The notes under the pieces were generated by a model, which saw only the letters and a program-made list of their open reading frames with translations, searched no databases and was not told the origin of the DNA. A DNA stretch of 63,290 bases, the filler included, from Basidiobolus ranarum (taxonomy: Eukaryota), in the NCBI GenBank assembly GCA_040143965.1. It is 9 parts of 9 records of this genome, joined end to end, with 100 filler letters (N's around TTAATTAATTAA, not from the genome) between each part and the next. Parts side by side here need not be neighbours in the genome. Positions count along the whole stretch, not along the records: positions 21,169 to 28,116 come from JASJQH010008085.1; positions 28,217 to 35,158 come from JASJQH010008086.1; positions 35,259 to 42,197 come from JASJQH010008087.1; 6 more parts are not named here. One strand, 5' to 3'. Shown here piece after piece: positions 27,973 through 37,560 of this stretch (position 1 is its first letter; each line of letters begins with the position of its first letter). Made by a program: the position numbers and the translations under genes.

Positions 27973-28044
27973 AAATTATCATTGACAATCATCTTGCAGT
28001 TCATCTCTCAAATTATATTGACAATCATTTTGCAGTTCATCTCT
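27973..28044. repeat. Two-copy ~36-bp tandem duplication
   Basis: aaattatcattgacaatcatcttgcagttcatctctc followed by aaattatattgacaatcattttgcagttcatctct. Confidence 0.85.
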
Positions 28045-29014
28045 ATCGCTCTGGTGATTGGCTAACTGGTTACCTTCGTAACTATTTATCAATCTGGAGA
28101 CTTGCGCTGTCTCCAANNNNNNNNNNNNNNNNNNNNNNNNNNNNNNNNNNNNNNNNNNNNTTAATTAATTAANNNNNNNNNNNNNNNNNNNNNNNNNNNN
28201 NNNNNNNNNNNNNNNNGCGGATAGTACTTTTGAAGTATAGCCAGTAACAAAGTAATAAACAAGCATTTATGATGGCAAAGATTCTTGAGTGGTTGTTATT
28301 TTACTATATCATACTATATATATTGTACTCGATCGGATCAACGTTATGAACCAAAAGTAGTAACAAATTATTTACGTTATTTGACGTTAGCCACTTATTT
28401 GATGTTCTTGGATAGTTTGGAGCAAGAGATTTGTGTTCATGAATATATAATTTGAGAATATATACCCATTGATAGGCGTTCTTCAGCAAGTAATAATAAA
28501 ACTAGTTTACTAGATTCATCAATTCATACTTATATATAATAACTCTTTATTGAAACTGAGCGCCAAGACAGTAACTTCCCACCATATGCCATATCATACA
28601 AAATAGAGTTTTTGATTCGAATGTGAATGGACTACTCCAAAAAAGAGCTGATCAGTTACCATAATTTGTGAGAGTTTTTTGGAAGATCATCATAGTTAAT
28701 GCACATCCTAATACCTTTTTTTAACGAAACTTGTGTAGCCAAGCTTAAATCAAGCTGTCATTCACCATGGTGTGCTAACAAAACGTGCTTGTCCTTTAAA
28801 TATCTAGTTGAGTTATACAACTGTTTTTTTTATTGGCAAATCAAGGCTTGTAGGACAACAATGATCACTTACATTAAAGGAAATGATTAACAAAAGGTAC
28901 GAAATATTCATACTTGACTTCTCTCGATATTGAGAAAGAAGGTTTAAATATCAAGTCTTTTTCCTCCACTATTCATCAGGATATCCATTTCTCTGGAATA
29001 TTTCATTACAAGTT

Positions 29015-30086
29015 ATGAAGTGGTTTGCATTAGTCGTTGCATCTTTGACACTGAGCTATACAGCTTTGGGCACTCCAATCACCAAGCGTTTGGATCTCTC
29101 CGCTATTGACAAGAAAGAGTTAGATATCCTTAAGACACATGCCAAATACGCATCCGCTGCTTACTGCCCACAAGCTAAACTAACCAATTGGTCATGTGGT
29201 GAACGCTGCGTCGGTAAAGTAAACGTGACTTCTTAAATTACTAATGAAGCTTCCGGTATAGCTGGTTATATCGGTTATAATAAGGACGAAAAGAAAATCA
29301 TTATTTCTTTCCGCGGGTATGAATATACTCTTGCAAACGATAAATCGAGGTTTAATTAACCCAATCTTTTTAGATCCTCTAACTGGGCCAACTGGGCTAA
29401 AAATCTGGCGATTCTTCCAAAAAAATTCGTCTACCCAACGGCAAACGATAATGTTAAAGTTCATGGAGGATTCTATGAAACTTATTCAGGTATCGAGAAC
29501 ACCGTTCGCTCCGGGCTCAAGGATATTTTGACAACACTAAAGGATCAGTCGAACACCTACAAATTAATCATCACTGGGCATTCCTTGGTAAGTTGAGAAG
29601 ATTTGGAATGTTTGGTGATGCTATTTATTGATGTAATAACTGTAGGGAGCTGCTGTAGCAACATTCTGCGCAATGGATATAAAGAGAATCTACCTGAATC
29701 CAAGCAGTGGAAGATCTTTCAAATCTGAGTTGCTAATTATTGATCGCTCTCAAATATACCTGCATACCTATGGTCAACCAAGAGCTGGAAATTTGGATTT
29801 CTCTCAACTGGTGTACAATACATTTGGGCTGGGTACCACTCGTACAACATTGGCAAGAATCACCAATAAGGGCGACCCAGTGACCAGACTTCCACCTCAA
29901 GACATGGGATATCACCATCACCCACACGAAATTTATATTCGTAAGGATGATACCACCGTAGCTTGCCAAGATGTAGTTAGCGGTAAGGTCAAAGAAGACT
30001 CTAATTGTATTTTAGGGGTTGCTCTTCCTGTAGGCTTCGGCGATCACTCCAAATACTGGGATATCCCATTCGGCTCTGGTTGTTAA
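29015..30086 (+). CDS. Secreted class-3 (Rhizomucor-type) lipase; exons 29015-29316, 29374-29587, 29646-30086; in-frame TAA at 29234-29236 (possible pseudogene)
   Basis: Signal peptide plus KR site, YASAAYC, ISFRGSS, VHGGFY, ITGHSLGAAVA (spliced), YGQPRAGN, DPVTRLPP, GYHHHPHEIYI and DHSKYW. Two canonical 57-58 nt introns. Confidence 0.9.
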
Positions 30087-30459
30087 ATTCATACTGTTAC
30101 TTTCCTTTTCGAGATTTATTGGCAAGTATTGGCCTTAACATTTAATAAATCATATGACGGTTACTTTTCATTAACCGTTGTAAAAGAAATTCACTCGAAG
30201 TACTGAAAGTGTTCACATTAAAGTGAAATGGGCAGGGTTTTCATGCCCTAAACCAAACGTATCATCGGCTACCAATACTGACTGTCAGGGTTTGTGATTT
30301 TGTGCTTAGCATGCATTATTACCTGTATGTCAAAACTTTTCAAGTATTGTGAAAATCAGGCATAGTTATGATAATAATGCTTGCCATTTATGCCTCATCC
30401 CACAATATATAGAACGGCAGATTTGAATTAAAACTTGGTTATCACAATTTGTAACAAGC

Positions 30460-30621
30460 ATACTTACCTGGCAGGGGGAGCTTACGATCAAGTAGGTGAG
30501 CTCTTCGTTTTGGAATTTGAGCATTACACAGCGTCTCAGGGTCCTTGACGCGAACATCCTTAGGGGTGTCTCGACTGTTAAATTTTTGTTTGTGGGAAGT
30601 GAGCGCTATGCGCCGCCTCCT
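30460..30621 (+). ncRNA. U1: U1 snRNA (variant copy)
   Basis: 5' end ATACTTACCTGGCAGGGG, stem-loop I with loop GATCAAGTAG, loop II ATTACAC, stem III, Sm site AATTTTTG (30581-30588) and a terminal GC-rich hairpin; ~162 nt. Confidence 0.9.
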
Positions 30622-31754
30622 TCTTTTCCATATTACACTTTTTTAAATTGTAAGCCTCTGATTTTAGTTCGAAGGCGTCAGATTCTAGTTGCTTAAACGT
30701 AGCTCTTGGATCTTACATTAGAATGTATGGTACATCATGAGGTTATAAAACTGAAATTCACTTAATGATCCAACAGTTGGATCAACTCAGGTTTCCTCAT
30801 GGTTCATGGTCCTCATGCCGCATCGATAAGCATTCTATAGTGAATTTTTAATATTTGCACTACTTCTGCTCCAGCTCAATTAGGTGAGAATGAAAGTTAT
30901 TGTAATTTGAGAATAAATATTCCGAGATTTCGTATTTTAAGTGGGCTTTTAATCATTATTAGTTCTCACCTTGACTTATTAGCTATAACAATTCTGCCTT
31001 ACACCGGAATGATTTGTTTCTCTGAATAATGAGTTTAGATAGAAAAATATTTTCGAAGGTATGAACGTATGTGATAGGTTAATCGGTACTCATTCTAATA
31101 TATAATATTAAACTAGCTAATGATTCCTCCAGAGAAGGAAACCGAGAAAACTGTCCACAGAAGAGAACTGAAAAAAATACATGACACCCGAATGGTATTC
31201 CCAAGGGCAATAACTAGCATCGGTTGGAGAGTTGTTGTGGGTCGGCATGTATGGTGTTTAGTCAGCATCAATAGTTTCTTCATCAGAGAATCAGTCTTAG
31301 TAAGACATACGTAGGCCAGAAATGTTATGGATAGGACAAAGGGTGAGATATCTGGGAATAATCATTTAGCATTCTGCATTTTGGAATGCAATTTGTAGAT
31401 TTACCATAACCGATGATATTTCAATTATGATTATTGAGTATTATTCATAATCCATTGTATTTGCTGCTTTTCCGATTGCTATTTGCCGACTGCATAATAT
31501 ATTGATATTTCAATGATGAATTGGATTTGTTGATACTTAAACTAGCAGAGTTATTGCTATGGAATAATCTTTATTAAACCCTTACTGCAGCAAGTGTCAC
31601 CTGGCTAAATCTAAGGGACCTCCGCCCTATGGTCATATCATCCTGTAACGCAACCTAAGTAACAGCTGGATGTGGAGGGGCCGGTATTGGAAATGATAAT
31701 GGCAAAAGTAACGGAGCTAGTGCATATGATTGTAGCAATAGTGGTGCGAATGAC

Positions 31755-32003
31755 GATGGAGAGATCAATGCTTGGGATGATCCTCAGATATTTCAAGCAA
31801 TCCAAACAACCGGAAGAAAACAAATCGTCATGACTGATATTGTGACTCTCAATGTTAGGGCTAGTTATGAGGTATTTGCTGTCCTTGACGCATCAGCAAC
31901 ATTCAGCCGAAGAGTGCGCAATTTTGCTTTAGCTCAAATGGTTCAAACTGGCGTTCAACCAATGAGCTTTTTCTCAGTTGTCACCGAGTTAGCTCGAGCT
32001 TGA
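31755..32003 (+). pseudogene. YcaC-like isochorismatase-family (cysteine hydrolase) fragment, C-terminal half only
   Basis: Hand translation DGEINAWDDPQIFQAIQTTGRKQIVMTDIVTLNVRASYEVFAVLDASATFSRRVRNFALAQMVQTGVQPMSFFSVVTELARA* follows the YcaC pattern GNINAWD...ATGKKQLIIAGVVT(EVCVAFPA)L...FDVFVVTDASGTF...RMSQAGAQLM...EL.RDW. The catalytic-Cys segment is absent and the Trp codon is TGA. Confidence 0.8.
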
Positions 32004-32306
32004 AGGTTATAAGAAGATGCTAGTCTTGCTAATATTTTTCCAAAACATATCCTTGATCAGGAATGGATCCACTCAGCACTTTGAGAACACTCCTGTACTT
32101 GAAGTATTTATGCTGTGATAAATGTATATCCTGCTGTGACTGAGTTCAGGTGAACTTGGTAGAAAAAGAATATGTACAACCTGTTGCCACTGACCTAATG
32201 CGAGTCACCAGCTAACCAGAAATTTCTAGCAAAGTACTACAGCATGGCAATTTGCTGCAGCATGAAACATATCCCATTGACTATAGGTTACATCAGATTG
32301 TTTTTG

Positions 32307-32668
32307 AAGTCATGGATTGACTTTTTCTGTTAGTTACCACAACATCCCTTCTAACCTTTAAAATGTAATACAAATATTTGTTTGATATTTAGGTAACATT
32401 CTATTTAAATTGAATAGAGGTTGAGAGCTACGTGTCTGTTGAGTTAACCGAATTTAAGTTCATCTCTGTAAATGGAAGGGAATTGAGTTTCTAAAAACAC
32501 AAATACGATACTCAATCAAGCATACTATCACAAGTCATGGATTGACCTTTTCTGTTAGTTACCAAAACATCCCTTCTAGTCATCAAAATACAAGAAAAGA
32601 ATCCGTTGATATTTAGGTGACATTCTGTACAAGATTGAATAAATGTTGAGAGCTATGTGTATGTTGAG
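32307..32668. repeat. Diverged ~137-bp direct repeat (32307-32443 and 32532-32668)
   Basis: Both copies begin aagtcatggattgac(t/c)ttttctgttagttacca and end gttgagagcta(c/t)gtgt(c/a)tgttgag. Confidence 0.85.
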
Positions 32669-33337
32669 GAGCATTGAAAAGGAAGCATGATGTCTCCTAC
32701 TTGCTTTGCAATCATATACTATTTTAAATACGCACCAACTTTTACAGAGCAAATTTATTGATCATCACTTTGTGAGAATGTTCGGACTGGAAAATAAGCT
32801 ATTTACTCTTTTGAAATACTTCAACGGATAAGTGAGTTTTATTTATAGATTATATATCAACTCCTAATGGTTGATGGGCATTAGCTTCTTCTTACCACCA
32901 TTCTACTTCCTTTAAATAGTGTTACTTAGAATAGTAATGGCAATCGAGTTTATCCATTACAAATAGGGGGGAAGGAAATAGCCATAACTTAGTTTAGTCT
33001 AGATACCGAGAAGTCGTTTCAACCTTTGAATTGGACTATTGTGCGACTTTTCTTTCGAATCATCCTTTTAAGCCCTTACAAAGCCATTGTTGTTTCTCTG
33101 ATTTAAGCCTGAATTCACCTGTGAACGGCGAGCTAATTCAGCTATTGGAGGAAGAAGAAAGAATTTGATGGTAATACAGATAAGTTCTAGAAATTATGAT
33201 TCATCCCAAGTTAGTAAACTCTAATCAATGATGCATACACACGCGATGTTTACGCGATTGGCTACATTGAGATATACCATCATTATTATGATTGAAATAA
33301 TTACTAATGTACATCTGTGAGATATTTACGCCATTGG

Positions 33338-33384
33338 ATATAGCTGATAATCTCGGAAAAGCATGTATAGAAATTACTATAAAA
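33338..33384 (+). promoter_or_regulatory. Metallothionein promoter: Ace1/Amt1-type copper-response-like element (33338-33347) and TATA box (33378-33384)
   Basis: ATATAGCTGA fits the HTHNNGCTGD consensus. TATAAAA lies ~50 bp upstream of the ATG. Confidence 0.4.
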
Positions 33385-33429
33385 TACTACGACTCTACTA
33401 CATTCAATTAACATACCAATCGATTAACA

Positions 33430-33879
33430 ATGTCTTCTCAACAAACTGTAAAGATCTGCTGCTGTGGTGAGAATTGCCAGTGCGAACAATGCAAGTGCCA
33501 AAAAGTCGAAGCGAAACAATCTTGCTCTTGCAAGGATAACTGCACTTGTGTCAAGTGTGAGTGTGCCAAAGCCATTGAAGTTCCAGCCTGCCGATGCGGA
33601 AGTGACTGCAAGTGCTACAACTGCCAAGGAAAGAAGAAATCCAACTGCTCCTGTGGTGATAAGTGTGACTGTGGAGTTGATTGCAAATGCGAACAAGTCA
33701 AAAAAACCAACTGCACCTGTGGCGACAAGTGTGTATGTGGAGCTGACTGCAAATGTGAGCAAGCCAAGGAAAGCAAATGCTGCTGTGGCGAAGATTGCAA
33801 GTGTGAAATATGTGATGCTAAGAAGGGCAAGTGCTGTTGTGGTGATGCCTGCAAGTGTTCCAGCTGCCCTGCTTTGTAG
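33430..33879 (+). CDS. Long modular metallothionein, 149 aa, 42 Cys in seven 5-7-Cys modules
   Basis: Intronless ORF of repeated C-x-C-G-x-x-C-x-C-like blocks with short Lys-rich linkers, almost no aromatics, ACAATGT start context and an upstream TATA. Confidence 0.88.
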   Translation: MSSQQTVKICCCGENCQCEQCKCQKVEAKQSCSCKDNCTCVKCECAKAIEVPACRCGSDCKCYNCQGKKKSNCSCGDKCDCGVDCKCEQVKKTNCTCGDKCVCGADCKCEQAKESKCCCGEDCKCEICDAKKGKCCCGDACKCSSCPAL

Positions 33880-34731
33880 GCTTCTCACTCGTACATAACA
33901 ATTAAATTCCTCATCTTTGTATAATTTGCATAAAATCAATAAATAACTAAATGTTTACTGTAATCTTGAATTCTTAATTTTCCTCATACAATGAATACAT
34001 GATCTCCAGAACGACTAGGATAATTCAAAAAATTGGAGTATATTTGTTTAGCAACAAAATTGGTACCATAATGCATCTCAATTAATTCAGCTAAGGCCAA
34101 ATCTGGTTAAGCGAATCTGAATAAACTATGTATTGGAAGTACCCATACATAAATAAAAAAACTTGGTTCCTGTTGCACTGAGTACTTTTGTTAGTGTCCT
34201 ACAATCCATTAAGGCAAACATTTGCTGTGCAAAATACAAGCTGTTAAATGATATAGCCATACTTGCGCATAGAGTTTGTTGCCACAAAATGCAAGCATGA
34301 CCCGCAATTCGTATATTGAAGTCATATGAATATACGCGGAAAATCCCACTAAACTTCGCACTCTTTGAGAGATTGAGGAAAATGAATTGGAACACCTAGT
34401 GAATCACCATGTAAAATCTGAGATGATTTGGTTTAAGTGGAAATGCATATATCTCCAGCACTAAATGGTAAAACGTTACTAACCTTTAAGGAGTCAATTT
34501 CTATTATTGTTGTATTTTAGGTATAATTTTTGAAACGAACTGATATCAGAAATGGCCCACCACTTTCATACACAGTCTCAGAAGTTGTCGCTCTCAAACC
34601 GGCAGGAATGCGACTCGATTTTCTCCTGACCACCCCTATAAAAATAACACCCCTCGAAATAAAGTTGAGCAGTAAATCAAATCGCGAAATTGTACTCGTC
34701 TCAGGAACCCAGCTCATCAGGAATTGTGAAA

Positions 34732-34812
34732 GGTGAGATGGCCGAGTGGTCTAAGACGCTGCGTTCAGGTTGCAGTCTCTTCGGAGGCGTGGGTCGAACC
34801 CCACTCTCATCA
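34732..34812 (+). tRNA. tRNA-Leu(CAG), possibly a pseudogene
   Basis: Acceptor stem GGTGAGA/TCTCATC, D-arm GCCGAGTGGTCTAAGAC, anticodon arm CTGCG-TTCAGGT-TGCAG and a long variable arm GTCTCTTCGGAGGC. The T-loop is only 6 nt (TCGAAC, one T missing). Confidence 0.85.
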
Positions 34813-34998
34813 AACTGTTGATTATATCCATAATTATAGTCATTAGTTAAATTTTGGTGAGAGAAATGTCGATTTTAGAAACGATACAAGCAATGATCAA
34901 AAAGAGAAAATTTGTAATGGTTTGATTGAAATGAATCAATCTAATCCTGTGATAGTTAATTCTATCCCATAAGTCTATAAAGTAGTATTTTTTCGTGA

Positions 34999-35005
34999 TA
35001 TATAA
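34999..35005 (+). promoter_or_regulatory. TATA box of the U6 gene
   Basis: TATATAA ~30 nt upstream of the predicted U6 start at 35033. Confidence 0.55.
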
Positions 35006-35032
35006 TGAAAATTAAATCTAGATCATTGTCAA

Positions 35033-35150
35033 GTTCCCCGGAACCTCTGACACGTGAAAAAATTGGAACGATACAGAGAAGCTGAGCATGGCCCCTGCAC
35101 AAGGATGACACGTAAATCTTGAGTGGACACCTCTTCGGAGGAAATTTTTT
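35033..35150 (+). ncRNA. U6: U6 snRNA (variant copy)
   Basis: AATTGGAACGATACAGAGAAG...AGCATGGCCCCTGCACAAGGATGACACG core (ACAGAGA box 35073-35079, AGC triad, ISL), a 5' hairpin and an oligo-T Pol III terminator. Confidence 0.92.
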
Positions 35151-35258
35151 CTTTTACTNNNNNNNNNNNNNNNNNNNNNNNNNNNNNNNNNNNNNNNNNN
35201 NNTTAATTAATTAANNNNNNNNNNNNNNNNNNNNNNNNNNNNNNNNNNNNNNNNNNNN

Positions 35259-35658
35259 TCAGCAACGTTAATACAATGGTGGGCTTTGATGGAGATATTG
35301 ATACAAACCCGTGTTGGGTATGAGCTAAACCTTGGGTATGAAGAACTCTATAAAAATATTCAGGAGAATATATCAAAGAGACTAGGGATTTCAAAGGTGA
35401 CAAATTAGCGTTCAAGTGGTAATTGTGTAAAATTTGAGTTATGTTTTTCGCACATGTGTTGATCCATAGTTCTCTGAGATTTTAGCCAATCATTTGCAAC
35501 TATTTTGCGAGATCTTGAAATTTCACTCCTGAAACTGAAAAAATTGATTAAAATCAAATCTAACTTGACGTTTTTATGACGGTAAGTAAATGGTCAACCC
35601 CAAATGGATTAAAATTGTGACGGTTTTCCTACGATAACAATCCTCAAATTTCTGTTAG
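35259..35658. repeat. Dispersed repeat family R1 (unclassified, possibly a DNA-transposon end); other copies at 49334-49852 and, inverted, ~55915-56265
   Basis: Near-identical to 49455-49852. Both copies end at ...cctcaaatttctgttagg and then diverge. Confidence 0.85.
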
Positions 35659-35879
35659 GGGACTTCTTTATATATGTGTTGCATGACTTGAGATAAAAAA
35701 GATTTCATCTTCTGGTGCTTTTCATCACCCCAACCCTTTTCTCTTTTAAGTTCATTAAATCTATATAGGAAGGTTTCCCATAGCCTATTAAGGCATTTAC
35801 TTCATTGTTTTAGTTGGATCCAAACTTGCATAAATCCTTATCTAGGACTCTGCCCAATAAATAATTTAAGATAAAATTT

Positions 35880-36777
35880 TCAGTTCTTGATTGCAGAACT
35901 GTTCCTCAGCTCTGAAACTCATGTGACAGGCTATTCAGGTCTGTGACTATAATATCTTGGTTAGTAGTAGGTAATCCAATGCATTACATTTGATCCACTA
36001 AAATGGTGACAAAGTTAATAAGTGATTTAATGCCTTGTCCTGGCTTCATCTTAAAGTTAAAGAATTGTTTTAATAGAAGCATCTTTCTGGTAGCAGAACA
36101 TATCTGGTAGGAGTCTTCCAAGGCTTTCCATACCTTCTTAGTAGCTTTAGCTCTTGAACATTGAATTAGCAATTGGTCTTTAACATTAGGCCAAATTATG
36201 TCAAAGACACTTTATTCTTTTTTAATCTGGTGTCAAACTTTGAATTCAGAAGGTTTGCATTGTTTTGTTCTCCTACAACAGTGTCCCAAAGTTCTTTTTC
36301 TTGCAGTAGCATTTTCATTTTAATTTTCCATGTGTGATAACTGATTTCATCCAATTTTTTTGGAAGTGGGAAAAGTCCCTGAAATTTGAGAAGTAAACAT
36401 TATGGAGAGTGCAAGTTTGGGGTTCATTTCCTGTTAAAGTATAAGGGAGTCTGCTGGAAGCAATCTGGAGAATTCAACAAATTGGTAGTTTTCACTTATT
36501 GATTCATTGAGTAGAAAGTTGACATTAATACTTTTGTCAAGATATAGACAGACCAACAGGTAGAATATGCCAAGGAAGATCCCAGGAGCATGCATGCAAT
36601 GTTTGGGACCTCTAGCGCAAGTTTGAAAAATTTATATATCTGAGAACTTATAAGTTAGTGTCTATATTGTGAGTAAAATCTGATTGAGAATAATGGGCAA
36701 TATCCTAATGAAATATAAGATAACTGAATACCAAGCTATATCACTATATAGATGCTTAGGCAATGCTAATTTCAATA
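35880..36777 (-). mobile_element. Copia family A 5' LTR (36432-36777), decayed PBS and gag remnant
   Basis: LTR matches the other copies. Gag residues WKIKMKMLLQEKELWDTV...IQCSRAKATKKVWKALEDSYQ parallel the 56366-56710 gag. Confidence 0.85.
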
Positions 36778-36779
36778 TT

Positions 36780-37560
36780 GCTGGTTGGGTGATAGATTGG
36801 GTTAGCAACAAATCAATTTTTCATAATTGCAAAGCTATTTTCCTCTCATCAGGATAGCATTACAATGGCTAATCAGGTTCAAGTGAAATTTTTTCAATAT
36901 TTCTTGGATATTTCAACGCACATTTCTCATAAGGCTTGTTTGCTGATAAAATCAGAATGTTCATTTCTCATCCCTGCAAAGATGCTGCCACTAGTTAGAA
37001 ATGTCTGTCAGAAACAACTTTGAGCTTTCCATTGCTAAATTAATTCCATTTGGTTATACTATTTCACATTATAAGACTGAACTCCCTCCAATGGATCATC
37101 CAACCTATCTTGGCTTCCCCTTTACCCAAGCTGTAATTAATGCAAAGAAACATTTTATAATTAGAACTACATTTGACAAACAAGCTATTCACAAGCTAGC
37201 TGCAGTTAAACCTAAGACTTCTCAAGCAATTTATCTTTACAGTTCTGAGAATTGGAATACATCTACTCACACATAGCCAAAGGGACTATTCTAAGCCTCA
37301 TAGGTTTGTCAGCTACAGCCTTAGACTTCTGATGCCCTATGATCATGCTCTGAATGGCACATTTGAATTCTTTCCATATCATATCAGAGTAATGCTACTG
37401 AGGGCAAGATTTTGCTCCTACTAAATGACTGCAGATATGAACTGCTCAAGAAGTGGCTTGCCACACTATCTTCTAATCCAGTATCAAGCTGGAAACAGAT
37501 ACAAGAAGATTTTGTTCTATCTGAATTAACTTTATAGCTGCATGAAACAAAGCAGCCTAA
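36780..37560 (+). mobile_element. Degenerate non-LTR (L1/Tx1-like) retrotransposon RT C-terminal fragment
   Basis: KSEC, PTYLGFPF and LLKKWLATL resemble the NxxKS, YLG.P and LL.KW motifs downstream of LINE RT. Many disruptions. Confidence 0.45.

Noticed and set aside
57-29236. Stop-codon reassignment to explain the in-frame TAA/TAG in FAS1, the J-protein and the lipase
   Set aside because: TAA and TAG act as true terminators in RPL37, the lipase, the J-protein and the metallothionein, and each internal stop is one substitution from a plausible sense codon.
33424-33939. Alternative ORFs of 171, 144 and 79 aa overlapping the metallothionein
   Set aside because: Shadow frames caused by the Cys/Lys codon repeats. 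The Cys-rich frame has the TATA box and start context.
34540-34725. Minus-strand C/D snoRNA or hammerhead ribozyme upstream of tRNA-Leu (CTGATGAG...CTGA)
   Set aside because: No GAAA after a stem II, box C lacks the leading purine, there is no terminal stem, and the short match to LSU rRNA is in the sense rather than guide orientation.
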